Below, piece by piece: positions 1 through 15,450 of a stretch of DNA of 64,000 nt; the first letter of the stretch is position 1; each line of letters starts with the position of its first letter. The stretch lies in NCBI GenBank assembly GCA_964016885.1, contig OZ024743.1, positions 142,600,001 to 142,664,000 on the forward strand, given 5' to 3'. A program made the position numbers and the translations under genes. The notes under the pieces are model-generated. The model was not told the DNA's origin and searched no databases. It worked only from the letters and a program-made list of their open reading frames with translations. Origin of the DNA: Eledone cirrhosa (Eukaryota).

Positions 1-3000
1 AACACCAAGCACAAAACACCAAGCACCAAACACCAAACACTAAGTCCCACGCACCAAGCACCAAACACCAAACAGCAAGCACCAAGCACCAAACATCAAG
101 CATCAAGCACCAAGCCCCTAGCACCAAACACCAAACACCAAGCACCAAGCATAAAACACCAAGCACCAATCACCAAGCACCAAACACCAAGCAGCAAGCA
201 GCAAGCACCAAACACCAAACACCAAGCACCAAGCACCAAACACCAAACAACAAGCACCAAGGACCAAACATCAAACACCAAGCACCAAGCACCAAACACC
301 TAACACCAAGCACCAAGAACCAAGCACCAAACACCAAGCACCAAACACCAAGCACCAAACACCAAATACCAAGCACCAAGCACCAAGCACGAAACACCAG
401 ACACCCCAGCACCAAGCACCAAACTCCAAACACCAAGCACCAAGCACCAGCCACCAAGCACCAAGCACCAAACACCAAACACCAAGCACTAAGCACCAAA
501 CACCAAACAACAAGCCCCAGGCACCAAGCACCAAACACCAAACACCAAGCACGCAGCACCAAACACCAAGCACCAAGCACCAAGCACCAAACACCAAGCA
601 CCAAGCACCAAGCACCAAACACCAAATACCAAACACCAAGCACCAAGGACCAAACACCAAACACCAAACAGCAAGCACCAAGCACCAAACACCAAGCCCC
701 AAACACCAAACCCCAAGCACCAATCACCAAACACTAATCACCAAGCACCAAGCACCAAACACCAAGCACCAAGCAGCAAGCACCAAACACCAAGCACCAA
801 GCACCAAGCACCAAACACCAAGCACCAAGCACCAAACACCAAAACCCAAGCACCAAAGACCAAGCACCAAGCACCAAGGACCAAACACCAAGCACCAAGC
901 ACCAAGCACCAAACACCAAGCACCAAGCACCAAACACCCAGCACCAAGCACCAAGCACCAAACACCAAGCACCAAACACCAAACACCAAGCACCAAGCAC
1001 CAAACAGCAAGCACCAAACACCAAACACCAAACAGCAAACACCAAACAGCAAACACCAACCACCAAACAGCAAACAGCAAACGCCAAACACCAAGCACCA
1101 AGCACCAAGCACCAAACACCAAGCACCAAGCACCAAGCACACAACACCAAACACCAAGCACCAAGGACCAAACATCAAACACCAAGCACCAAGCACCAAA
1201 CACCAAACACCAAGCACCAAGCACCAAGCACCAAGCACCGAACACCAAGCACCAAACAACAAGCACCAAACACCAAGCACCAAACACCAAACACCAAGCA
1301 CCAGGCACCAAGCACCAAACACCAAGCACCAAACACCAAGCACCAAACACCAAGTCCCACGCACCAAGCACCAAACACCAAACACCAAGCACCAAGCACC
1401 AAACACGAAACACCAAGCACCAAGCCCCTAGCACCAAACACCAAGCAGCAAGCAGCAAGCACCGAACACCAAACACCAAGCACCAAGCACCAACCACCAA
1501 ACACCAAGCACCAAGCACAAAATACCAAACACCAAGCACAATGGACCAAACATCAAACACCAAGCACCAAGGACCAAACGCCTAACACCAAGCACCAAGC
1601 ACCAAGCACCAAGCACCAAACACCAAGCACCAATCACCAAACACCAAACACCAAGCACCGAACACCAAACACCAAGCACCAAGCACCAAACACCAAACAC
1701 CAAGCACGCAGCATCAAACACCAAACACAAAACACCAAGCACCAAGCACCAAGCAGCAAACACCAAGCATCAAACACCAAACAGCAAACACCAAGCACCA
1801 AACACCAAGCACCAAGCACCAAACACCAAACACCAAGCACCAAACACCAAACATCAAGCACCAAGCGCCAAACACCAAACAACAAGCACCAGGCACCAAG
1901 CTCCAAACACCAAACACCAAGCACCAAGCACCAAACACCAAACACCAAGCACGCAGCATCAAACACCAAGCACCAAACACCAAGCACCAAGCACCAAGCA
2001 CCAAGTACCAAACACCAAACACCAAGCACCAAACACCAAACACCAAGCACCAAGCACCAAGCACGAAACACCAGGCACCAAGCACCAAGCACCGAACTCC
2101 AAACACCAAGCACCAAACACCAGCCACCAAGCACCAAGCACCAAACACCAAACACCAAGCACTAAGCACCAAACACCAAACAACAAGCACCAGGCACCAA
2201 GCACCAAACACCAAACACCAAGCCCGCAGCACCAAACACCAAGCACCAAGCACCAAGCACCAAACACCAAGCACCAAGCACCAAGCACCAAACACCAAAC
2301 ACCAAACACCAAGCACCAAGAACCAAACACCAAACACCAAACAGCAAGCACCAAGCACCAAACACCAAGCCCCAAACACCAAACCCCAAGCACCAATCAC
2401 CAAACACTAATCACCAAGCACCAAGCACCAAACACCAAGCACCAAGCAGCAAGCACCAAACACCAAGCACCAAGCACCAAGCACCAAGCACCAAACACCA
2501 AGCACCAAGCACCAAACACCAAAACCCAAGCACCAAACACCAAGCACCAAGCACCAAGGACCAAACACCAAGCACCAAGCACCAAGCACCAAACACCAAG
2601 CACCAAGCACCAAACACCCAGCACCAAGCACCAAGCACCAAACACCAAGCTCCAAACACCAAACACCAAGCACCAAGCACCAAACAGCAAGCACCAAACA
2701 CCAAACACCAAACAGCAAACACCAAACAGCAAACACCAAACACCAAACAGCAAACAGCAAACGCCAAACACCAAGCACCAAGCACCAAGCACCAAACACC
2801 AAGCACCAAGCACCAAGCACACAACACCAAACACCAAGCACCAAGGACCAAACATCAAACACCAAGCACCAAGCACCAAGCACCAAACACCAAACACCAA
2901 GCACCAAGCACCAAGCACCGAACACCAAGTACCAAACACCAAGCACCAAACAACCAAGCACCAAACACCAAACACCAAGCACCAGGCACCAAGCACCAAA

Positions 3001-6000
3001 CACCAAGCACCAAACACCAAGCACCAAACACCAAGCCCCTAGCACCAAACACCAAGCAGCAAGCAGCAAGCACCAAACACCAAACACCAAGCACCAAGCA
3101 CCAAATACCAAACACCAAGCACCAAGGACCAAACATCAAACACCAAGCACCAAGCCCCTAGCACCAAACACCAAGCAGCAAGCATCAAGCACCAAACACC
3201 AAACACCAAGCACCAGGCACCAAATACCAAACACCAAGCACCAAGGACCAAACATCAAACACCAAGCACCAAGCACCAAACGCCTAACACCAAGCACCAA
3301 GCACCATGCACCAAGCACCAAACACCAAGCACCAATCACCAAACACCAAACAGCAAGCACCAAACACCAAGCACCAGGCACCAAACACCAAACACCAAGC
3401 ACCAAGCACCAAACACCAAGCACCAAACTCCAAACACAAAACACCAAGCACCAAGCAGCAAGCACCAAACACCAAACACCAAGCACCAAGCACCAAACAC
3501 CAAACACCAAGCACCAAGAACCTAACATCAAACACCAATCACCAAGCACCAAACACCTAACACCAAGCACCAAGCACCAAGCACCAAGCACCAAACACCA
3601 AGCACCAAACACAAAGCACCAAGCACCAAACACCAAACACCAAGCACCAAACACCATGCACCAAGCACCAAACACCAAACCCCAAGCACCAAACACCAAA
3701 CCCCAAGCACCAAGCACCAAACACTAATCACCAAGCACCAAGCACCAAACAACAAGCACCAAGCACCAAGCACCAGGCACCAAGCACCAAGCACCAAACA
3801 CTAATCACCAAGCACCAAGCACCAAGCACCAAACACCAAGCACCAAGCACCAAGCGCCAAACACCAAGCACCAAGCACCAAACACCAAAGACCAAGCACC
3901 AAAGACCAAGCACCAAGCACCAAGCACCAAACACCAAACCCCAAGCACCAAACACCAAACCGCAAGCACCAAGCACCAAACACTAATCACCAAGCACCAA
4001 GCACCAAACAACAAGCACCAAACACCATACACCAAACACCAAGCACCAAGCACCAAGCACCAAACACCAAGCACCAAACACTAAGCACCAAACACCAAGC
4101 CCCAAGCACCAAGCACCAAACACCAAACACCAAGCACCAAGCACCAAACACCAAGCACAAAACACCAAGCACCAAACACCAAACACTAAGTCCCACGCAC
4201 CAAGCACCAAACACCAAACAGCAAGTACCAAGCACCAAACATCAAGCATCAAGCACCAAGCCCCTAGCACCAAACACCAAACACCAAGCACCAAGCATAA
4301 AACACCAAGCACCAATCACCAAGCACCAAACACCAAGCAGCAAGCAGCAAGCACCAAACACCAAACACCAAGCACCAAGCACCAAACACCAAACAACAAG
4401 CACCAAGGACCAAACATCAAACACCAAGCACCAAGCACCAAACACCTAACACCAAGCACCAAGAACCAAGCACCAAACACCAAGCACCAAACACCAAGCA
4501 CCAAACACCAAATACCAAGCACCAAGCACCAAGCACGAAACACCAGACACCCCAGCACCAAGCACCAAACTCCAAACACCAAGCACCAAGCACCAGCCAC
4601 CAAGCACCAAGCACCAAACACCAAACACCAAGCACTAAGCACCAAACACCAAACAACAAGCCCCAGGCACCAAGCACCAAACACCAAACACCAAGCACGC
4701 AGCACCAAACACCAAGCACCAAGCACCAAGCACCAAACACCAAGCACCAAGCACCAAGCACCAAACACCAAATACCAAACACCAAGCACCAAGGACCAAA
4801 CACCAAACACCAAACAGCAAGCACCAAGCACCAAACACCAAGCCCCAAACACCAAACCCCAAGCACCAATCACCAAACACTAATCACCAAGCACCAAGCA
4901 CCAAACACCAAGCACCAAGCAGCAAGCACCAAACACCAAGCACCAAGCACCAAGCACCAAACACCAAGCACCAAGCACCAAACACCAAAACCCAAGCACC
5001 AAAGACCAAGCACCAAGCACCAAGGACCAAACACCAAGCACCAAGCACCAAGCACCAAACACCAAGCACCAAGCACCAAACACCCAGCACCAAGCACCAA
5101 GCACCAAATACCAAGCACCAAACACCAAACACCAAGCACCAAGCACCAAACAGCAAGCACCAAACACCAAACACCAAACAGCAAACACCAAACAGCAAAC
5201 ACCAACCACCAAACAGCAAACAGCAAACGCCAAACACCAAGCACCAAGCACCAAGCACCAAACACCAAGCACCAAGCACCAAGCACACAACACCAAACAC
5301 CAAGCACCAAGGACCAAACATCAAACACCAAGCACCAAGCACCAAACACCAAACACCAAGCACCAAGCACCAAGCACCAAGCACCGAACACCAAGCACCA
5401 AACAACAAGCACCAAACACCAAGCACCAAACACCAAACACCAAGCACCAGGCACCAAGCACCAAACACCAAGCACCAAACACCAAGCACCAAACACCAAG
5501 TCCCACGCACCAAGCACCAAACACCAAACACCAAGCACCAAGCACCAAACACGAAACACCAAGCACCAAGCCCCTAGCACCAAACACCAAGCAGCAAGCA
5601 GCAAGCACCGAACACCAAACACCAAGCACCAAGCACCAAACACCAAACACCAAGCACCAAGCACAAAATACCAAACACCAAGCACAATGGACCAAACATC
5701 AAACACCAAGCACCAAGGACCAAACGCCTAACACCAAGCACCAAGCACCAAGCACCAAGCACCAAACACCAAGCACCAATCACCAAACACCAAACACCAA
5801 GCACCGAACACCAAGCACCAGGCACCAAACACCAAACACCAAGCACCAAGCACCAAACACCAAACACCAAGACCGAAGCACCAAACACCAAGCACCAAAA
5901 TCCTAACACAAAACACCAAGCACCAAGCAGCAAGCACCAAACACCAAATACCAAGCACCAAGCACCAAACACCAAACACCAAGCACCAAGAACCTAACAT

Positions 6001-9000
6001 CAAACACCAAGCACCAAGCACCAAGCACCAAACACCAAGCACCAAACACAAAGCACCAAGCACCAAACACCAAGCACCAAGCACCAAACACCAAGCACCA
6101 AGCACCAAACACTAATCACCAAGCACCAAGCACCAAACACCAAGCACCAAGCACCAAGCACCAAACACCAAGCACCAAGCACCAAACACCAAACCCCAAG
6201 CATCAAACACCAAACCGCAAGCACCAAGCACCAAACACTAATCACCAAGCACCAAGCACCAAACAACAAGCACCAAGCACCAAGCACCAGGCACCAAGCA
6301 CCAAGCACCAAACACCAAGCACCAAGCACCAAGCCCCTAGCACCAAACACCAAGCAGCAAGCAGCAAGCAGCAAACACCAAGCATCAAACACCAAACACC
6401 AAACACCAAGCACCAAACACCAAGCACCAAGCACCAAACACCAAACACCAAGCACCAAACACCAAACATCAAGCACCAAACACCAGATACCAAGCACCAA
6501 GCACGAAGCACCAAACACCAAACACCAAGCACCAAGCGCCAAACACCAAACAACAAGCACCAGGCACCAAGCTCCAAACACCAAACACCAAGCACCAAGC
6601 ACCAAACACCAAAGACCAAGCCCGCAGCACCAAACACCAAGCACCAAGCACCAAGCACCAAACACCAAGCACCAAGCACCAAGCAGCAAACACCAAGCAT
6701 CAAACACCAAGCAGCAAACACCAAGCATCAAACACCAAACACCAAACACCAAGCACCAAACACCAAGCACCAAGCACCAAACACCAAACACCAAGCACCA
6801 AACACCAAACATCAAGCACCAAACACCAGATACCAAGCACCAAGCACCATGTACCAAACACCAAACACCAAGCACCAAGCGCCAAACACCAAACAACAAG
6901 CACCAGGCACAAAGCTCCAAACACCAAACACCAAGCACCAAGCACCAAACACCAAACACCAAGCACGCAGCATCAAACACCAAGCACCAAACACCAAGCA
7001 CCAAGCACCAAGCACCAAGTACCAAACACCAAACACCAAGCACCAAACACCAAACACCAAGCACCAAGCACCAAGCACGAAACACCAGGCACCAAGCACC
7101 AAGCACCGAACTCCAAACACCAAGCACCAAACACCAGCCACCAAGCACCAAGCACCAAACACCAAACACCAAGCACTAAGCACCAAACACCAAACAACAA
7201 GCACCAGGCACCAAGCACCAAACACCAAAGACCAAGCCCGCAGCACCAAACACCAAGCACCAAGCACCAAGCACCAAACACCAAGCACCAAGCACCAAGC
7301 ACCAAACACCAAACACCAAACACCAAGCACCAAGAACCAAACACCAAACACCAAACAGCAAGCACCAAGCACCAAACACCAAGCCCCAAACACCAAACCC
7401 CAAGCACCAATCACCAAACACTAATCACCAAGCACCAAGCACCAAACACCAAACACCAAGCAGCAAGCACCAAACACCAAGCACCAAGCACCAAGCACCA
7501 AGCACCAACCACCAAGCACCAAGCACCAAACACCAAAACCCAAGCACCAAACACCCAGCACCAAGCACCAAGGACCAAACACCAAGCACCAAGCACCAAG
7601 CACCAAACACCAAGCACCAAGCACCAAACACCCAGCACCAAGCACCAAGCACCAAACACCAAGCACCAAACACCAAACACCAAGCACCAAGCACCAAACA
7701 GCAAGCACCAAACACCGAACACCAAACAGCAAACACCAAACAGCAAACACCAAACACCAAACAGCAAACAGCAAACGCCAAACACCAAGCACCAAGCACC
7801 AAGCACCAAACACCAAACCCCAAGCACCAAACACCAAACCGCAAGCACCAAGCACCAAACACTAATCACCAAGCACCAAGCACCAAACAACAAGCACCAA
7901 ACACCATACACCAAACACCAAGCACCAAGCACCAAGCACCAAACACCAAGCACCAAACACTAAGCACCAAACACCAAGCCCCAAGCACCAAGCACCAAAC
8001 ACCAAACACCAAGCACCAAGCACCAAACACCAAGCACAAAACACCAAGCACCAAACACCAAACACTAAGTCCCACGCACCAAGCACCAAACACCAAACAG
8101 CAAGCACCAAGCACCAAACATCAAGCATCAAGCACCAAGCCCCTAGCACCAATCACCAAACACCAAGCACCAAGCATAAAACACCAGGCACCAATCACCA
8201 AGCACCAAACACCAAGCAGCAAGCAGCAAGCACCAAACACCAAACACCAAGCACCAAGCACCAAACACCAAACAACAAGCACCAAGGACCAAACATCAAA
8301 CACCAAGCACCAAGCACCAAACACCTAACACCAAGCACCAAGAACCAAGCACCAAACACCAAGCACCAAACACCAAGCACCAAACACCAAATACCAAGCA
8401 CCAAGCACCAAGCACGAAACACCAGACACCAAGCACCAAGCACCAAACTCCAAACACCAAGCACCAAGCACCAGCCACCAAGCACCAAGCACCAAACACC
8501 AAACACCAAGCACTAAGCACCAAACACCAAACAACAAGCCCCAGGCACCAAGCACCAAACACCAAACACCAAGCACGCAGCACCAAACACCAAGCACCAA
8601 GCACCAAGCACCAAACACCAAGCACCAAGCACCAAGCACCAAACACCAAATACCAAACACCAAGCACCAAGAACCAAACACCAAACACCAAACAGCAAGC
8701 ACCAAGCACCAAACACCAAGCCCCAAACACCAAACCCCAAGCACCAATCACCAAACACTAATCACCAAGCACCAAGCACCAAACACCAAGCACCAAGCAC
8801 CAAGCACCAAACACCCAGCACCAAGCACCAAGCACCAAACACCAAGCACCAAACACCAAACACCAAGCACCAAGCACCAAACAGCAAGCACCAAACACCA
8901 AACACCAAACAGCAAACACCAAACAGCAAACACCAACCACCAAACAGCAAACAGCAAACGCCAAACACCAAGCACCAAGCACCAAGCACCAAACACCAAG

Positions 9001-9740
9001 CACCAAGCACCAAGCACACAACACCAAACACCAAGCACCAAGGACCAAACATCAAACACCAAGCACCAAGCACCAAACACCAAACACCAAGCACCAAGCA
9101 CCAAGCACCAAGCACCGAACACCAAGCACCAAACAACAAGCACCAAACACCAAGCACCAAACACCAAACACCAAGCACCAGGCACCAAGCACCAAACACC
9201 AAGCACCAAACACCAAGCACCAAACACCAAGTCCCACGCACCAAGCACCAAACACCAAACACCAAGCACCAAGCACCAAACACGAAACACCAAGCACCAA
9301 GCCCCTAGCACCAAACACCAAGCAGCAAGCAGCAAGCACCAAACACCAAACACCAAGCACCAAGCACCAAACACCAAACACCAAGCACCAAGCACAAAAT
9401 ACCAAACACCAAGCACAATGGACCAAACATCAAACACCAAGCACCAAGGACCAAACACCTAACACCAAGCACCAAGCACCAAGCACCAAGCACCAAACAC
9501 CAAGCACCAATCACCAAACACCAAACACCAAGCACCGAACACCAAGCACCAGGCACCAAACACCAAACACCAAGCACCAAGCACCAAACACCAAACACCA
9601 AGACCGAAGCACCAAACACCAAGCACCAAAATCCTAACACAAAACACCAAGCACCAAGCAGCAAGCACCAAACACCAAACACCAAGCACCAAGCACCAAA
9701 CACCAAACACCAAGCACCAAGAACCTAACATCAAACACCA
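1..9740 (+). repeat. Higher-order duplication family with ~3.9-4.1 kb period (1-~1668 = 4147-~5814; third copy ~7790-9740 matches ~3910-6000)
   Basis: Landmarks recur at +4146 (tcccacg 45/4191, cataaaa 150/4296, 8-nt caccccag 402/4548). They recur again at +3879/3878 (cataaaa 8175), and the offset falls to +3731 after a 147-bp (21-unit) deletion near 8800. ORF-track entries 96..299, 4242..4445 and 8121..8324 are near-identical. Confidence 0.92.
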
Positions 9741-12719
9741 ATCATCAAGCACCAAACACCTAACACCAAGCACCAAGCACCAAGCACCAAGCACCAAACA
9801 CCAAGCACCAAACACAAAGCACCAAGCACCAAACACCAAGCACCAAGCACCAAACACCAAGCACCAAGCACCAAACACTAATCACCAAGCACCAAGCACC
9901 AAACATCAAGCACCAAGCACCAAGCACCAGGCACCAAGCACCAAGCACCAAACACTAATCACCAAGCACCAAACACCAAGCACCAAACACCAAGCACCAA
10001 GCACCAAGCGCCAAACACCAGGCACCAAAGACCAAGCACCAAGCACCAAGCACCAAGCACCAAACAATAAGCACCAAGCACCAAGCACCAAACACCAAAC
10101 ACCAACCACCCAGCACCAAGCACCAAGCACCAAACACCAAGCACCAAACACCAAACACCAAACACCAGGCACCAAGCACCAAGCACCAAACACCAAGCAC
10201 CAAACACTAAGCACCAAAGACCAAGCCCCAAGCACCAAGCACCAAACACCAAACACCAAGCACCAAGCACCAAACACCAAGCACCAAACACCAAGCACCA
10301 AACACCAAACACTAAGTCCCACGCACCAAGCACCAAACACCAAACAGCAAGCACCAAGCACCAAACACCAAGCATCAAGCACCAAGCCCCTAGCAGCAAA
10401 CACCAAACACCAAGCACCAAGCACAAAACACCAAGCACCAATCACCAAGCACCAAACACCAAGCAGCAAGCAGCAAGCACCAAACACCAAACACCAAGCA
10501 CGAAGCACCAAACACCAAACAACAAGCACCAAGGACCAAACATCAAACACCAAGCACCAAGCACCAAACACCTAACACCAAGCACCAAGCACCAAGCACC
10601 AAGCACCAAACACCAAGCACCAAACACCAAGCACCAAGCACCAAGTACCAAACACCAAACACCAAGCACCAAACACCAAACACCAAGCACCAAGCACCAA
10701 GCACGAAACACCAGGCACCAAGCACCAAGCACCAAACTGCAAACACCAAGCACCAAGCACCAAGCACCAAACACCAAGCACCAAGCACCAAGCGCCAAAC
10801 ACCAAGCACCAAGCACCAAACACCAAACACCAAGCACCAAACACCAAGTCCCACGCACCAAGCACCAAACACCAAACAGCAAGCACCAAGCACCAAACAC
10901 CAAGCATCAAGCACCAAGCCCCTAGCACCAAACACCAAACGCCAAGCACCAAGCACAAAACACCAAACACCAAGCACCAAACACCAAGCACCAAGCACCA
11001 ATCACCAAACACCAAGCACCAAACACCAAGCACCAAGCACCAAGTACCAAACACCAAACACCAAACACCAAACACCAAACACCAAGCACCAAGCACCAAG
11101 CACGAAACACCAGGCACCAAGCACCAAGCACCAAACTCCAAACACCAAGCACTAAGCACCAGCCACCAAGCACCAAGCACCAAACACCAAACACCAAGCA
11201 CTAAGCACCAAACACCAAACAACAAGCCCCAGGCACCAAGCACCAAACACCAAACACCAAGCACGCAGCACCAAACACCAAGCACCAAGCACCAAGCACC
11301 AAACACCAAGCACCAAGCACCAAGCACCAAACACCAAACACCAAACACCAAGCACCAAGAACCAAACACCAAACAGCAAGCACCAAGCACCAAACACCAA
11401 GCACCAAACACCAAACCCCAAGCACCAATCACCAAACACTAATCACCAAGCACCAAGCACCAAACACCAAGCACCAAGCACCAAGCACCAAACACCAAAC
11501 ACCAAACACCAAGCACCAAGAACCAAACACCAAACACCAAACAGCAAGCACCAAGCACCAAGCACCAAGCACCAAGGACCAAACACCAGGCACCAAGCAC
11601 CAAGCACCAAACACCAAGCACCAAGCACCAAACACCCAGCACCAAGCACCAAGCACCAAACACCAAGCACCAAGCACCAAACACCAAACACCAAACACCA
11701 AGCACCAAGCACCAAACAGCAAGCACCAAACACCAAACACCAAACAGCAAACACCAAACAGCAAACACCAAACACCAAACAGCAAACAGCAAACGCCAAA
11801 CACCAAACACCAAGCACCAAGCACCAAACACCAAGCACCAAGCACCAAACACCAAGCACCAACCACCAAGCACCAAACACCAAGCACCAAGCACCAAACA
11901 CCAAACCCCAAGCACCAAACACCAAACCGCAAGCACCAAGCACCAAACACTAATCACCAAGCACCAAGCACCAAACAACAAGCACCAAGCACCAAGAAGC
12001 AGGCACCAAGCACCAAGCACCAAACACAAAACACCAAGCACCAAGCACCAAGCAGCAAACACCAAGCATCAAACACCAAACACCAAACACCAAGCACCAA
12101 ACACCAAGCACCAAGCAACAAACACCTAACACCAAGCACCAAGCACCAAACACCAAACATCAAGCACCAAACACCAGATACCAACCACCAAGCACCAAAC
12201 GCCAAACACCAAACACCAAGCACCAAGCACCAAACACCAAACAACAAGCACCAGGCACCAAGCTCCAAATACCAAACACCAAGCACCAAGCACCAAACAC
12301 CAAACACCAAGCACGCAGCATCAAACACCAAGCACCAAACACCAAGCACCAAGCACCAAGCACCAAGTACCAAACACCAAACACCAAGCACCAAACACCA
12401 GACACCAAGCACCAAGCACCAAGCACGAAACACCAGGCACCAAGCACCAAACACCAAACTCCAAACACCAAGCACCAAACACCAGCCACCAAGCACCAAG
12501 CACCAAACACCAAACACCAACCACTAAGCACCAAACACCAAACAACAAGCACCAGGCACCAAGCACCAAGCACCAAACTCCAAACACCAAGCACCAAGCA
12601 CCAAACTCCAAGCACCAAGCACCAAACACCAAACCCCATGCACCAAACACCAAACACCAAGCACCAAGCACCAAACACCAAGCACCAAGCAGCAAGCACC
12701 AAGCACCAAACACCAAACC

Positions 12720-15450
12720 CCAAGCACCAAACACCAAACCGCAAGCACCAAGCACCAAACACTAATCACCAAGTACCAAGCACCAAACACAAAACACCAA
12801 GCACCAAGCACCAAGCACCAAACACCAAGCACCAAGCACCAAGCACCAAACACCAAATACCAAACACCAAGCACCAAGAACCAAACACCAAACACCAAAC
12901 AGCTAGCACCAAGCACCAAACACCAAGCACCAAACACCAAACCCCAAGCACCAAACCCCAAGCACCAAGCACCAAGCACCAAACACCAAACACCAAACAC
13001 CAAGCACCAAGAACCAAACACCAAACACCAAACAGCAAGCACCAAGCACCAAGCACCAAGCACCAAGGACCAAACACCAAGCACCAAGCACCAAGCACCA
13101 AACACCAAGCACCAAGCACCAAACACCCAGCACCAAACACCAAACAGCAAGCACCAAGCACCAAACACCAAGCCCCAAACACCAAACCCCAAGCACCAAT
13201 CACCAAACACTAATCACCAAGCACCAAGCACCAAACACCAAGCACCAAGCAGCAAGCACCAAACACCAGGCACCAAGCACCAAGCACCAAACACCAAGCA
13301 CCAAGCACCAAACACCAAAACCCAAGCACCAAAGACCAAGCACCAAGCACCAAGGACCAAACACCAAGCACCAAGCACCAAGCACCAAACACCAAGCACC
13401 AAGCACCAAACACCCAGCACCAAGCACCAAACACCAAGCACCAAACACCAAACACCAAGCACCAAGCACCAAACAGCAAGCACCAAACACCAAGCACCAA
13501 GCACCAAGCACCAAACACCAAGCACCAAGCACCAAGCACACAACACCAAACACCAAGCACCAAGGACCAAACATCAAACACCAAGCACCAAGCACCAAAC
13601 ACCAAACACCAAGCACCAAGCACCAAGCACCAAGCACCGAACACCAAGCACCAAACAACAAGCACCAAACATCAAGCACCAAACACCAAACACCAAGCAC
13701 CCGGCACCAAGCACCAAACACCAAGCACCAAACACCAAGCACCAAACACCAAGTCCCACGCACCAAGCACCAAACACCAAACACCAAGCACCAAGCACCA
13801 AACACGAAACACCAAGCACCAAGCCCCTAGCACCAAACACCAAGCAGCAAGCAGCAAGCACCAAACACCAAACACCAAGCACCAAGCACCAAACACCAAA
13901 CACCAAGCACCAAGCACAAAATACCAAACACCAAGCACAATGGACCAAACATCAAACACCAAGCACCAAGCACCAAACGCCTAACACCAAGCACCAAGCA
14001 CCAAGCACCAAGCACCAAACACCAAGCACCAATCACCAAACACCAAACATCAAGCACCAAACACCAAACACCAAGCACCAAACACCAAACACCAAGCACC
14101 AAGCACCAAGCACGAAACACCAAACCCCAAGCACCAAACACCAAACCGCAAGCACCAAGCACCAAACACTAATCACCAAGTACCAAGCACCAAACACAAA
14201 ACACCAAGCACCAAGCACCAAGCACCAAACACCAAGCACCAAGCACCAAGCACCAAACACCAAATACCAAACACCAAGCACCAAGAACCAAACACCAAAC
14301 ACCAAACAGCTAGCACCAAGCACCAAACACCAAGCACCAAACACCAAACCCCAAGCACCAAACACCAAGCACCAAGCACCAAGCACCAAACACCAAACAC
14401 CAAACACCAAGCACCAAGAACCAAACACCAAACACCAAACAGCAAGCACCAAGCACCAAGCACCAAGCACCAAGGACCAAACACCAAGCACCAAGCACCA
14501 AGCACCAAACACCAAGCACCAAGCACCAAACACCCAGCACCAAACACCAAACAGCAAGCACCAAGCACCAAACACCAAGCCCCAAACACCAAACCCCAAG
14601 CACCAATCACCAAACACTAATCACCAAGCACCAAGCACCAAACACCAAGCACCAAGCAGCAAGCACCAAACACCAGGCACCAAGCACCAAGCACCAAACA
14701 CCAAGCACCAAGAACCAAACACCAAAACCCAAGCACCAAAGACCAAGCACCAAGCACCAAGGACCAAACACCAAGCACCAAGCACCAAGCACCAAACACC
14801 AAGCACCAAGCACCAAACACCCAGCACCAAGCACCAAGCACCAAACACCAAGCACCAAACACCAAACACCAAGCACCAAGCACCAAACAGCAAGCACCAA
14901 ACACCAAGCACCAAGCACCAAGCACCAAACACCAAGCACCAAGCACCAAGCACACAACACCAAACACCAAGCACCAAGGACCAAACATCAAACACCAAGC
15001 ACCAAGCACCAAACACCAAACACCAAGCACCAAGCACCAAGCACCAAGCACCGAACACCAAGCACCAAACAACAAGCACCAAACACCAAACACCAAGCAC
15101 CCGGCACCAAGCACCAAACACCAAGCACCAAACACCAAGCACCAAACACCAAGTCCCACGCACCAAGCACCAAACACCAAACACCAAGCACCAAGCACCA
15201 AACACGAAACACCAAGCACCAAGCCCCTAGCACCAAACACCAAGCAGCAAGCAGCAAGCACCAAACACCAAACACCAAGCACCAAGCACCAAACACCAAA
15301 CACCAAGCACCAAGCACAAAATACCAAACACCAAGCACAATGGACCAAACATCAAACACCAAGCACCAAGCACCAAACGCCTAACACCAAGCACCAAGCA
15401 CCAAGCACCAAGCACCAAACACCAAGCACCAATCACCAAACACCAAACAT
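12720..15450 (+). repeat. Tandem higher-order duplication, ~1.4 kb period
   Basis: The offset is 1407 (201 units): cactaat 13208/14615, ORF-track 12766..13206 vs 14173..14613, and the shared rare unit cagctag near 12900/14307. Confidence 0.9.
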
